Positions 31,312-41,315 of a stretch of 64,000 nucleotides of DNA are shown piece by piece. Location of the stretch: contig CAZBEQ010000001.1 of assembly GCA_964490975.1 (NCBI GenBank), forward strand, positions 27,917-91,916, in the 5' to 3' direction. The notes under the pieces are model-generated. The model made no database searches and was not told where the DNA came from. It saw nothing but the letters and a program-made list of their open reading frames with translations. The position numbers and the translations under genes were made by a program. Every line of letters begins with the position of its first letter. The stretch's first letter is position 1. Source of the DNA: an uncultured Oscillospiraceae bacterium (lineage in GTDB: Bacteria; Bacillota; Clostridia; Acetivibrionales; DTU013).

Positions 31312-31866
31312 ATGAAGAAAGTTTTTGTTGGCATAATTTATATCTTACTTTTACTTGCTATACTAACAGGGTGTAGCACAATTACGCAAACTTTTGGAAA
31401 AGAGTATCTGTTAGTGGATGATTTTTATGACCAATTGGAAGCGGACATTAGGTTTTCCGTTAATGAATACACCTCTACGCAAAAAGATTATTCTGAGAGA
31501 AAGAGCGAAATAGATAATAGGTTAGATTTACTAATGGCAGATATAAAGATATCAAGAAGTGAAATGAAATCACAAATAGAGGATTTCAAAAAAAATGCAG
31601 ACGAATTAGGTTTTACCGGTTCTACATCTGATTATATAGAAAAAGTACTTTTAGAAACAAGAATAGGCATCGAACAAAAATTCAAAGAAGAGACTGATGG
31701 TAAATTCACTCTCAAACATGCTAAAGTGAATAGAGATTTCTTCAGTTCTGTATGGCATTTTGTCAGAAACCATTGGCTTATAACACTTATCATCTTTGGT
31801 GTTGTCTGTGCTCTTATTGAAAAGTTGGGAGAATTTTGGTCTGAGAAAGTAAAAATTGAGAAATAA
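31312..31866 (+). CDS. Lipoprotein, unknown function (C-terminal TM helix)
   Basis: Signal peptide with the lipobox LTGC. Confidence 0.6.
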   Translation: MKKVFVGIIYILLLLAILTGCSTITQTFGKEYLLVDDFYDQLEADIRFSVNEYTSTQKDYSERKSEIDNRLDLLMADIKISRSEMKSQIEDFKKNADELGFTGSTSDYIEKVLLETRIGIEQKFKEETDGKFTLKHAKVNRDFFSSVWHFVRNHWLITLIIFGVVCALIEKLGEFWSEKVKIEK

Positions 31867-32038
31867 GCATCAGACAGATACTGCCGGTTAATTGGAATGC
31901 AGGCATATGAATGAAAAAAATGTAAGCAAAGCTAATGTTGAAAATTGAGAAATAATGGAGCATAATGAAATAATAGGAGCCCTAGGTTGCTTAATCAACT
32001 TTTGGTATGCTAACTGAGAGTGAAAGGGGGATATTAGA

Positions 32039-33712
32039 ATGAAGAAATCAAACAAACTCGGTTACATCACAATTGTAATGATCCTTTCATTTATTACCGG
32101 TATAGCAACGCCTGCTTATGCAGTAGCTACTAAAGATGTAGCTAAACAATTGTCGGCGTACTTTATGTCTGGCGGAAAAGCTATCAGCCTTTGTGTCAAT
32201 GGCACAGAGATTACTAATGATTCTAATGGTAAAGCAGCTACTCCATTCACTTCTGACGGTGTTACATATGTGCCAGTTAGAGCTGCTAGTGAAGCTTTAG
32301 GTAAAGATGTTACATGGGATGCTGCTACTGCTACAGTTAAAATTACTGATAGAGCAACATCTACACCTGTCATGACAACAACAACTACTAAGACAATTAT
32401 ACATGATGCAGTTGAGCAATTGACGGTGTACTTTACAGCTGTTGGAAAAGACATTACCCTTTCTGTGGATGGTACTAAGGTTACCAAGGATTCTAACGGC
32501 AAAGCTGTTACTCCATTCACTTCTGACGGTGTTACATATGTACCAGTCAGAGCTGTTGCTGAGGCTCTGGGTAAAGATGTTACCTGGGATGCAACTACAG
32601 CTACAGTTAAAATAGCTGATAAAACATCATCTACACCTGCTGCAGAACCTGCTCCTGTCAACAAAGATATCAACAAGGTTGTCACCACAAAGAATGATAA
32701 GGGTTGGCTGGTAGATACTTTGACCAACTATGAATTTGTACTGGATAAAGAAGCTATTGGTACATGGGAACAGATTGAATATGTTGGAACTCCTGATCAA
32801 TTTGATGGAACAAATACAACAAGGAATGAACGTATCCCAATACGTATCCGCAACTTTTATGATGACGGCAGAGAGGTTGATTATGCTGTTAAAGATACAT
32901 TTATAGCAGAATTGAAGCAGGATAAAAATATTGATATAACTAAAATAGGACTCCCTTGGACTAAAGGTTATATTGATAACAATAATGTTCAGACTGTTTC
33001 AGCTTATGAAATCAGACAGATCAACGGCAAAACATTTATGTTTATTCAGCATAAATCCGGCGATTACACTATCAGAGGTAAAGAACCTGCTTACTTTGTA
33101 TTACTGAAAACTTCTGATACTCCTGATCCTGAATTCGCACCCAAGGTTACCCGGAATATTACAATAGATCCAACTGCTAAATCATTCAAGATGGAAGATG
33201 GTACAGTTGTAAATCTACCTGGAACGGGTAAGGATGAAAGCGGGAAGTTTACTACCATCGTAGATGATAAAGGTGAACGACATGACAAACTAAACGGTGA
33301 GTTCGAATTGGATAAAGACGCTGTAGGTGAATGGGAACTTTTCTTTATAGGTGATATACCTACAATATCAAAATACTTTGATCCTAATAGTGCTCCATGG
33401 AGTACATCACAAAATTGGAAAGGCCTTAGCATCTATGACGACGGTACGATGATTATGCGTTACATAGATAATGGGCATGTAGTTGATAGAAAAAATCTAC
33501 ACTGGACCAAAGGTTACTTTGTACGTATATTGTTCAATCGCGAGGATGTTATACCAGCTTATGCAATATCTACGATTAATGGCAAAACGTTTATGTTAAT
33601 GCAGTGGAAAAGCAACGATTATGTCACTAAGGGTATTATCACATCTTACTATGTATTTGTGAAAAACTCGTCAACTCCGGCTTCAAAGGATACAAACGTA
33701 TATGCAAAATAA
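32039..33712 (+). CDS. Secreted protein with two copper-amine-oxidase-N-terminal-like (stalk) domains and a duplicated C-terminal module
   Basis: Signal peptide. The DGVTYVPVRA..EALGKDVTWDA.TATVKI segment occurs twice, and two ~170-aa repeats each end in INGKTFM..Q.KS.DY. Confidence 0.7.
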   Translation: MKKSNKLGYITIVMILSFITGIATPAYAVATKDVAKQLSAYFMSGGKAISLCVNGTEITNDSNGKAATPFTSDGVTYVPVRAASEALGKDVTWDAATATVKITDRATSTPVMTTTTTKTIIHDAVEQLTVYFTAVGKDITLSVDGTKVTKDSNGKAVTPFTSDGVTYVPVRAVAEALGKDVTWDATTATVKIADKTSSTPAAEPAPVNKDINKVVTTKNDKGWLVDTLTNYEFVLDKEAIGTWEQIEYVGTPDQFDGTNTTRNERIPIRIRNFYDDGREVDYAVKDTFIAELKQDKNIDITKIGLPWTKGYIDNNNVQTVSAYEIRQINGKTFMFIQHKSGDYTIRGKEPAYFVLLKTSDTPDPEFAPKVTRNITIDPTAKSFKMEDGTVVNLPGTGKDESGKFTTIVDDKGERHDKLNGEFELDKDAVGEWELFFIGDIPTISKYFDPNSAPWSTSQNWKGLSIYDDGTMIMRYIDNGHVVDRKNLHWTKGYFVRILFNREDVIPAYAISTINGKTFMLMQWKSNDYVTKGIITSYYVFVKNSSTPASKDTNVYAK

Positions 33713-33844
33713 GTAAAATGAATTAGGGATATAATTCCCAAGTTAAAAGCCAGAATCACCTAAAATATCTGAAAGTAAAAAAATTAATCAAAGCATAAAC
33801 AGGGCTTCCTACACGGAAGTCCATTTTTATGTCTAAAAAAGGAG

Positions 33845-34126
33845 GTGTTATTTACGTCAAACGTAAAATTCCCACTTGGACAAACTGTAGCAACAAGAGG
33901 TGTGCTGGGTTTGTTAAACGATGATGAAATATTGAAACTCTTAACACGTCACTCTGCTGGAGATTGGGGTGATTTATGCTATGAGGACAAAAACCTCAAT
34001 AACTCTGCTCTGTCATCTGGTGAAGGTCGGCTATTCTCTGCTTATAATACTTTAAAAGGGAAGGTTTGGATAATCACAGAACATGACCGCTCTGCAACAA
34101 CAATTTTATTGCCAAATGAATACTAA
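33845..34126 (+). CDS. Small conserved plasmid/ICE-associated protein, unknown function
   Basis: I recall the motifs HSAGDWGDL and ITEHDRSATTILLPNEY from small proteins on plasmids and ICEs. The start codon is uncertain. Confidence 0.45.
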   Translation: MLFTSNVKFPLGQTVATRGVLGLLNDDEILKLLTRHSAGDWGDLCYEDKNLNNSALSSGEGRLFSAYNTLKGKVWIITEHDRSATTILLPNEY

Positions 34127-34296
34127 AGGGATTAGTGTTTTATGATGTCGCTGATTTAGGACTGTAAAGAATACAGATTGTGTTCATAATAGTATGTTAC
34201 TTTACAGATATGTTCATAAAATCAAGATAGGCTTTTTTGAATGCTGTCAATAAAAGAATTCCTATATTCAAAAAAGTACACATTTACGGAGGGAGT

Positions 34297-34899
34297 ATGA
34301 AATCAAGAACTTTTGGATATGCTCGCGTATCATCAACTGAACAGAATTTGGATAGGCAAATACAAGCGCTCATTGAATATGGTGTATGTGAACGTGATAT
34401 TATTACTGACAAAGTATCAGGTAAAGATTTTAACAGGCAGGGGTACAATGCACTGAAAAATCAAATACTGCGCCAGGGCGATATCTTGGTAATCAAGGAA
34501 CTTGACAGATTGGGCAGAAGCTATGAGCAAATGAAAATCGAGTGGCAGGAACTTCAGCAATTAGGAATAGATATTGTAATACTGGATATGCCAATTCTGA
34601 ACACTAAAGAAAAAAGCGACCTTGAAAAAGCCTTGATAGCAAATATTGTCTTTGAACTTTTAGCGTATACTGCTGAAAAAGAACGGCAGAAAATCAAAAC
34701 GCGACAAAGAGAAGGTATCGATATTGCAAAAAATAAAGGTGTAAAATTTGGTAGACCTACAATTGCTGTTCCTACTGAATTTGAAACCGAATATGAAAGG
34801 TGGAGAGATGGTGAACAATCAGCAGTACAAACAATGAAGCGGTTAGGGCTTAAACGGACAACGTTCTATAAACTCGTTAAATCATATTCTGCCACCTAA
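34297..34899 (+). CDS. Small serine recombinase (resolvase/invertase family)
   Basis: FGYARVSSTEQNLDRQ contains the catalytic Ser. There is a C-terminal HTH, and GGAGGGA lies before ATG 34297. Confidence 0.9.
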   Translation: MKSRTFGYARVSSTEQNLDRQIQALIEYGVCERDIITDKVSGKDFNRQGYNALKNQILRQGDILVIKELDRLGRSYEQMKIEWQELQQLGIDIVILDMPILNTKEKSDLEKALIANIVFELLAYTAEKERQKIKTRQREGIDIAKNKGVKFGRPTIAVPTEFETEYERWRDGEQSAVQTMKRLGLKRTTFYKLVKSYSAT

Positions 34900-35045
34900 T
34901 CTATAAGAGCCTGTTCTATGATAAGTACAGGCCTTTTTTGTTTTTTTGCCATGAATATAAACAGCATATCTATAAATCACTATATATATTATTAAGAGAT
35001 AAACGTTATTTGAACGACTAACACTACAATCGCAAGGAGGACTAT

Positions 35046-35310
35046 ATGAAAAATTATATTTTTGGATATGCCCTTGTCAGCATGGGATCTTAAAATTTAG
35101 ACCATCAACTGGACGCTTTGAAAAAATACTGCGTAGACTATATATACAATGAAAAAATGACGGGCTAGAGCTTAACAAGATGCTGGACAGAATGACCGAG
35201 GGGGGTGTCGTAATAATTGAATCGTTGTCACGTCTGGGTCGCAGCACAAAAGACTTGATTGAACTGACAGAGTTATTTCGGTCCAGGGGAGTTAACCTCA
35301 TATTGCACTT
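35046..35310 (+). pseudogene. Serine recombinase pseudogene
   Basis: MKNYIFGYALVSMGS*NLDHQLDAL has TAA at the conserved Gln position. A TAG, an internal deletion and a frame change to ...ELNKMLDRMTEGGVVIIESLSRLGRS follow. Confidence 0.8.
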
Positions 35311-35598
35311 AGAGAGGGCTATTGAAGTGCAAAGAAAAAACCACGCGAGACAGAGCCCGAAGGGTAGTATAAAAAGTGAATTCTTCTTTCATCAAACCCA
35401 CGAAGTTCCAGTAAATATCAATTTTCTGTCGGCGGTTTTTACCACTCTTGCTTTGTTTGTAGACAAGCAATGCTATTAATAAAAACACGGACGATTTCGG
35501 CGTTAAACTCTGATGTTCGTGTACTTTTCACCAGTTCAAGAAAATACTGAAAAATGCTTATATATTGAGCAAAATTGTCTAACATTGGCAAAAAATGC

Positions 35599-35627
35599 TT
35601 GATGTTTTCGTTTAGACGAAGTATAAT
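35599..35627 (+). promoter_or_regulatory. Putative promoter of the HTH-dcm operon with a spacer palindrome
   Basis: TTGATG at 35599-35604, a 17-nt spacer, and TATAAT at 35622-35627. The spacer contains the palindrome ttcgt-ttag-acgaa. Confidence 0.55.
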
Positions 35628-35665
35628 GATAGAGTTAACCTATAGGAGGACTGGAGGCTAATCAG

Positions 35666-35836
35666 ATGAACGGATTTGTAACGGTTCAGGAAACAGCTGA
35701 AAAATGGGGTGTAACGCCACGTCAGGTTCAATTATGGTGTAAAGAAAATAAAATTCCGGGCGCTCAAATGTATAGCCGAATATGGATTATTCCAGAAAAC
35801 ACAAAAAGGCCTGTAACCAAGAGAAAGACTAGGTAG
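35666..35836 (+). CDS. Small HTH_17/excisionase-type DNA-binding protein (56 aa, absent from ORF track)
   Basis: MNGFVTVQETAEKWGVTPRQVQLWCKENKIPGA. AGGAGG lies upstream. Confidence 0.65.
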   Translation: MNGFVTVQETAEKWGVTPRQVQLWCKENKIPGAQMYSRIWIIPENTKRPVTKRKTR

Positions 35837-35879
35837 TAGGTTTTATTTATTTTATATTTTATTAGAGGGAGGTACCTGT

Positions 35880-37052
35880 TTGGAGGCAAATAAGAAAACA
35901 AAAAAGCTTCGTGTGTTTGAGGCTTTTGCAGGGATTGGCGCTCAGGCTACTGCCCTTGAACGCTTAAATGCAAACTATGAAATTGTCGGTATCAGCGAAT
36001 GGATGGTTGACGCTGTTATTTTCTACGATGCAATTCACCATTCTGATGAACCGCAGTTTGAGGTACCTACATACGAGGAACAGATAAAGTATCTGTCTCA
36101 GTTCGATTTCAGCCGTGATTCAGTCAGAAAGACAAAACTCAGTCAGATTGAACACGATATAATCGAAAAACTGTATATTGCAAACATAAGAAGTAAAAAT
36201 TTCGGTTCCATTTCACAGCTATCCGGTGAAAGGATGCCGAAATGTGATTTACTTATTTACAGCTTTCCCTGTCAGGATTTATCCACCGGCGGGAACGGAT
36301 ACGGAATGAAAAAGGGTTCCGGCACGCGTTCTTCACTTCTATGGGAGATTGAACGCATCCTGAAAGAGCTTTCCGCTTTGGGTAAACTGCCGAAATATCT
36401 CCTGATGGAGAATGTAACCACAGTTCTATGTGACAAATTCAAGAATGATCTGAATGATTTTCTTTCCTTCCTTGAGTCAATAGGTTACCAAAACGATGTG
36501 CCTATGAAATTGAATGCACTTGATTTCGGTGTGCCGCAGGACAGAATTCGGGCATTTATCGTTAGCAAACTCGGTCATGTTCCAGCAGTCATATCGGAGA
36601 AGATACAATCCGTAAAAAGCAAACGTGAGTTTGATGCAACCAAATTCCTCAGGCTTGATTATACTGACCAGAGATATAAAGACGAGGCCGATATTGCCCA
36701 ATTAAACGCAACTCCTTCTCGGAAAGTAATGTGGGATATTAATGGAAAGGAAGCCAATGCTTCAACTATAGTCAGAACTATCACCTGCAATATGGATAGG
36801 ACGCATACTGCTGCGCTGTTTAAATACAGTGGTGCTTTAGGCGATACTTTTAGGAGACTGACAATCAGGGAAGCATTCCTTTTTATGGGGTTCACTGAAG
36901 AAGAATACGATAGAACAATTTATTTGGATTTCACTTACCGACGCATGAACAAACTTGTTGGAAATTCAATCGTGGTAAATGTTTTGACGGAGATTTTCCG
37001 CGAAATGTTTGTCGGTCATTACGGCATTGAACCGAGGAAGTCAGACGGGTAA
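35880..37052 (+). CDS. dcm: DNA (cytosine-5)-methyltransferase
   Basis: Motif I FAGIGAQ, IV FPCQDLS, VI LMENV, VIII QDRIRAF, X GNSIVV. TTG start 7 nt after AGGGAGG. Confidence 0.92.
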   Translation: MEANKKTKKLRVFEAFAGIGAQATALERLNANYEIVGISEWMVDAVIFYDAIHHSDEPQFEVPTYEEQIKYLSQFDFSRDSVRKTKLSQIEHDIIEKLYIANIRSKNFGSISQLSGERMPKCDLLIYSFPCQDLSTGGNGYGMKKGSGTRSSLLWEIERILKELSALGKLPKYLLMENVTTVLCDKFKNDLNDFLSFLESIGYQNDVPMKLNALDFGVPQDRIRAFIVSKLGHVPAVISEKIQSVKSKREFDATKFLRLDYTDQRYKDEADIAQLNATPSRKVMWDINGKEANASTIVRTITCNMDRTHTAALFKYSGALGDTFRRLTIREAFLFMGFTEEEYDRTIYLDFTYRRMNKLVGNSIVVNVLTEIFREMFVGHYGIEPRKSDG

Positions 37053-37074
37053 TAATTAAAAGGAGGTTTGGTGT

Positions 37075-38532
37075 GTGGGACGGATAATCGTCAAGGAACC
37101 ACCTGCGAAAACTCTTATAACAGGTATTCGCGCAATAGGGTATAATTTTTCCACAGCTATTGCTGACATTATTGACAACAGCATTTCTGCCAATGCCTCC
37201 CGGATTGACATAATTACAGATATAACCGACTCATCTTCTTATGTAGCTTTTCTCGACAATGGATATGGTATGAGCTACACTGAATTGGAAAACGCTATGC
37301 TACTCGGTTCAAATCGTGAAGACCGAACCGACAGCGAGATTGAACTTGGCAGATTCGGCTTGGGGCTTAAATCCGCCTCACTTTCCCAGTGCAGAGAATT
37401 CACTGTTACAAGTAAGTCCTCTGGCGAAATACATGCAATTATGTTCGATCTTGATTTGATTGAGACTGAGAACAAATGGAATTTACGTGTTCTTGACGGA
37501 ACTGAAATAAATGCGTTATGCAATATTGAGCAGTTAAACGAGTATTCTTCCGGCACTTTGGTTATTTGGAGAAAATTCGATAAAATTGAGAGAAGAGCAA
37601 AGAAGTATGAGGACTCGTTCCGAGAAGCGGTAGCTGACGCGAAACGCCATGTAGAGCTTGTATTCCATCGCTTTTATACTACCCGTGAGATTTATTTCAA
37701 TTTCAGGCGTATAGAAAAGCGCGATCCGTTTCTGTGCGGTTCTGCACCGCGACAGCAGACAGGGCATACAGAGAATATTTATATCAGCGGACAAAGGATT
37801 TCCGTGACTCCGTACACACTCCCGTTTTGGAATACGATCACCGACGAAGAAAAGTCTTTGCTCGGATATCCGAAAAGTATTTATGATGATCAGGGCTTTT
37901 ATCTTTACCGCAACAAGCGGCTTATTTCATGGGGAAGTTGGCTGCGAATGGGTTTGAAAAGCGAGCAAAACAAACTTGCCCGTGTTCAGGTTGATATTCC
38001 GTCATCTCTAGATTCGATATGGATGTTGGATGTAAAGAAATCCTCGGCAAAAATTCCCGATGTAATAAGAGAAGAGCTCCGGGCATCTGTAAGAGATTCT
38101 TTTGTCCGCAGCAAGAAAACTGTCCGTTTTCCAGGGCTAAAGGAACAGCAGGCTGAGAATAAGGTATGGATACGGACTATAAATATGCACGACGGAACAG
38201 TGCAGTACACGATCAACCGCGACAATCCGCTCGTAGCCGAGTTGTTTGAAAATCTGGGTAAAGGCGAATCGCGGTTACTTGAAGTGCTTCTTTCGCAGAT
38301 TGAAACACTGTTCCCGAAATACTCAATCATGAACGATCACACGGATTCTCTAAAGATTCCAGACCGAGAGGATGCCGTGGATAACGAGCAGCTAATTTCT
38401 GAACTGACAGATATTCTGGCAATGGCAAAGCCGGAAGATAAAGCGGCTTTACTTGAGCGAATGCTGGCTTCTGAAGCATACAGCCGCTTGCGTGAGAAAG
38501 CCGATTATATAACGAGGAGGGTGTTCGGATAA
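37075..38532 (+). CDS. GHKL-type ATPase (HATPase_c_3, MutL/Hsp90-like); MzaA-like
   Basis: N-box IIDNSISA, G1 box DNGYGM, G2 box GRFGLGLKSAS. GTG start after AAAGGAGG. Confidence 0.8.
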   Translation: MGRIIVKEPPAKTLITGIRAIGYNFSTAIADIIDNSISANASRIDIITDITDSSSYVAFLDNGYGMSYTELENAMLLGSNREDRTDSEIELGRFGLGLKSASLSQCREFTVTSKSSGEIHAIMFDLDLIETENKWNLRVLDGTEINALCNIEQLNEYSSGTLVIWRKFDKIERRAKKYEDSFREAVADAKRHVELVFHRFYTTREIYFNFRRIEKRDPFLCGSAPRQQTGHTENIYISGQRISVTPYTLPFWNTITDEEKSLLGYPKSIYDDQGFYLYRNKRLISWGSWLRMGLKSEQNKLARVQVDIPSSLDSIWMLDVKKSSAKIPDVIREELRASVRDSFVRSKKTVRFPGLKEQQAENKVWIRTINMHDGTVQYTINRDNPLVAELFENLGKGESRLLEVLLSQIETLFPKYSIMNDHTDSLKIPDREDAVDNEQLISELTDILAMAKPEDKAALLERMLASEAYSRLREKADYITRRVFG

Positions 38533-41315
38533 TGAACAACGAAATCATTACCAGAGCCTTAACTATACTTGAGGCATTGCTGGACAAGAAATCCATTGCC
38601 CACCAGGAACTAATATCCCAAGCAGAAAAAGTCTTGTATATGATTAAAGTCTACTCCAACAGCCTTGAGTATCAGAAAATCCTCGGTGAAGTAATTTGCA
38701 GGTACGAAAGCAATGTCGGCGTAAAGACATTTGATCCCGACGTTCTTGTAAAAGATCCGTCGAGTGATGTTTGGTTTACTACACGACGCGATGATATTGA
38801 GCATCCCTATTTTGACCGTTATCACTCTTATCTGCGGCAGAGCGGTTGGGACACCGATGTCATTGACAATCTTCAGATGAACTGCGAAAGAACTCTCTCA
38901 CGCTGTGCCGATCCGAATATTTCAGCTTCACTTCCGGATGCCAAGAAGCGCGGGATGGTAATGGGAGATGTTCAGGCTGGGAAGACTGCAAACTATCTGG
39001 GCTTAATCAACATGGCTTGCGACTATGGTTATCGGGTAATTGTACTCCTTGCAGGACTTACAGACTCCCTCCGTAAGCAGACTCAGGATCGCGTGGATTT
39101 AGGTTTTATTGGTGCTTACAGCAATACTATAGGTGGTGTTGTGAAATATGTAGGTGTTGGAACTCCGTTTCAGCAGTATTTTGCGATTCCGCTCACAAAC
39201 GGCGATTATGATTTTGCAAAGTTTATACAAAAGAATGTAAACGCAGCTCCAACAGATTTCAATAAGCCAGTCATTCTTGTAGTCAAAAAGAACGCCAAGA
39301 TACTTGAAAGCGTTCACAGCTGGCTGAAACCGGGTGAACATAACATTTCTGGTGACAGCATACTTATCATTGACGATGAGGCTGATAATGCTTCTGTTAA
39401 TACAAAAAAGCCTGAATATGATCCGTCGACAGTTAACCGCCGAATCCGTGATATATACAACAACTTTCCGATTGCTTCCTATATCGGGTTTACCGCTACG
39501 CCATTCGCAAATATTTTCATTAATCCGTTTGATGTAAGCGAAGATGATCAGGACTTATTCCCGGCAGATTTTATTGTTCAGTTAAATGCCCCTGACAAGT
39601 ACTTCGGAGGGGAAAAGGTATTTCCAGCAGATGGTTCCATATCTTCGGCGATAAGATTGCTGGACACAGAAGAGCCTGATTTTATTTCAGTCAAGCATAA
39701 AAAAGAACTTTATGTTACAGCGTTGCCTGACAGCCTAAAAGAGGCAATTCTATGCTTCTTGCTTAACAACGTAATCCGTACTCTGCGAGGCGATAAATAT
39801 AAACATCGTTCAATGATGATAAATGTTTCTCCTTTGAATGATCCGCAAGAAAGCATTCGGAATGCAGTTGACGCTTATGTGGTTAGGCTCAAAAACGTTA
39901 TTGAGCAGGATGCCTATAAGCCTGAAAAGGAGTTTATCAGGAACGCAGAAATGCTTCGTCTCTATAAAATCTATATGAAAGCCGATGAGCGCGGATCAGA
40001 TTTCTATGCTCAAATTCGTGATGATTTTACTTGGACAGATATTCAGCACGGGCTTTGGGAAGAGATAAAACAGTTTGAATCTACGATTATTAACAATCGT
40101 TATCGCGGAGACTTGCGTTATGACTACAATACTCATTCCGATCAGGGATCAAGGGTAATTGTAATCGGCGGGTTTGTCCTTTCCCGTGGGTTGACACTTG
40201 AAGGCTTGTGTGTTAGTTACTACAGTCGAAGCGCCACCGCTTACGATACTTTGTTGCAGATGTGCCGATGGTTCGGATACCGCCCGCGCTATGAGGACTT
40301 GTGCAGGATATACCTTTCACAGGCAAGCATTGATTCTTTCGGAGCTGTAATGGACGCAATCCGAAATCTCAAAGACCAGTTTCGCGAGATGGAATTGCAG
40401 GGTAAAACACCACGCGAGTTTGGGCTTATGGTGAAAGAGTCGCCGGCAACTTTGGAAACTACTCTTATTGTGACCGCCCGTAACAAAATGTACCACACAC
40501 AGGTATTTGAACATTACGTCAATTACGGCGGTGTATATGCCGATACATCCAAACTGTTCAAAGATGCCGCAAAGAACAGAACAAACCTTGCACGTTTAAA
40601 TACCTTTTTTGATGAACAGCGACAAAAGGGAAAGGTTTTTCAGGATGTCGGTCACCGTTTTATGCTTTGCGGTGTAAGCAGTAGCGATATAGCAGAATTG
40701 CTTCAGAGGATTACAATTCCAAGCATAAACAAACGCTTTGACTGTACAAGCCTTGCCACATATATAAAGGGAAGCCCGATATTCCCTGAGTGGGATGTAG
40801 TTGTCGCATCAGGTGATTCGCGTCAGACCGTTTTGGTTCAGGATCGTCAGCTTGGAAGTTCTGTCCGTGTTTTCAGGTTAGGAGCATCCAATGAGAATTA
40901 TATCCGCTTAGGCGGCACCAATAACCGAATTATCGATCCGGGCATCTTTGACAGTGGTGTAAATATTACGCCGGATCAGAAGCAGGATATTCTTTCGAAG
41001 AAAAAGAAAAGAAATCCTAACAAGCCACCGGATCAACTAACCGCAACCGACTGGCTGAAACTCCGTGAGCGTCCTCTGCTGGCGCTATACTACATCGATC
41101 TGAAAATTGATGATAGTAATCTGTCGCTGGCTGACCGTGAAAAATATGTTGCAGTTAAGGAGGCTTTCGGTTCGGATTTACTTGCTGGTTTTGCAGTAGG
41201 TTTTCCGGCGCGTGAATCAAAAGTTTTGTTTCAGTTTCGTGCAAATCTGGTCAAATTGGAAGAGCTAGACTCTGATGGTGAAGATTTTGAAGAGGAGGAA
41301 CTCGACGTTGAGTAA
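38532..41315 (+). CDS. Z1-domain NTPase (helicase-like)
   Basis: Walker A GDVQAGKTANY and DEAD-like IIDDEADNAS. Z1 hallmark LSRGLTLEGL...DTLLQMCRWFGYRPRYEDLCRIY. The start overlaps the upstream stop (ATAATG). Confidence 0.85.
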   Translation: MNNEIITRALTILEALLDKKSIAHQELISQAEKVLYMIKVYSNSLEYQKILGEVICRYESNVGVKTFDPDVLVKDPSSDVWFTTRRDDIEHPYFDRYHSYLRQSGWDTDVIDNLQMNCERTLSRCADPNISASLPDAKKRGMVMGDVQAGKTANYLGLINMACDYGYRVIVLLAGLTDSLRKQTQDRVDLGFIGAYSNTIGGVVKYVGVGTPFQQYFAIPLTNGDYDFAKFIQKNVNAAPTDFNKPVILVVKKNAKILESVHSWLKPGEHNISGDSILIIDDEADNASVNTKKPEYDPSTVNRRIRDIYNNFPIASYIGFTATPFANIFINPFDVSEDDQDLFPADFIVQLNAPDKYFGGEKVFPADGSISSAIRLLDTEEPDFISVKHKKELYVTALPDSLKEAILCFLLNNVIRTLRGDKYKHRSMMINVSPLNDPQESIRNAVDAYVVRLKNVIEQDAYKPEKEFIRNAEMLRLYKIYMKADERGSDFYAQIRDDFTWTDIQHGLWEEIKQFESTIINNRYRGDLRYDYNTHSDQGSRVIVIGGFVLSRGLTLEGLCVSYYSRSATAYDTLLQMCRWFGYRPRYEDLCRIYLSQASIDSFGAVMDAIRNLKDQFREMELQGKTPREFGLMVKESPATLETTLIVTARNKMYHTQVFEHYVNYGGVYADTSKLFKDAAKNRTNLARLNTFFDEQRQKGKVFQDVGHRFMLCGVSSSDIAELLQRITIPSINKRFDCTSLATYIKGSPIFPEWDVVVASGDSRQTVLVQDRQLGSSVRVFRLGASNENYIRLGGTNNRIIDPGIFDSGVNITPDQKQDILSKKKKRNPNKPPDQLTATDWLKLRERPLLALYYIDLKIDDSNLSLADREKYVAVKEAFGSDLLAGFAVGFPARESKVLFQFRANLVKLEELDSDGEDFEEEELDVE

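Noticed and set aside
32142-32640. Template/variable repeat pair of a diversity-generating retroelement
   Set aside because: The differences between the two copies are not adenine-specific, and no reverse transcriptase is present in the window. It is an ordinary domain duplication.
32116-32727. 203-aa minus-strand ORF
   Set aside because: It is antisense to the repeated stalk-domain region of the secreted protein gene. It stays open only because of the repetitive Thr/Val/Ala codons, and is not a gene.
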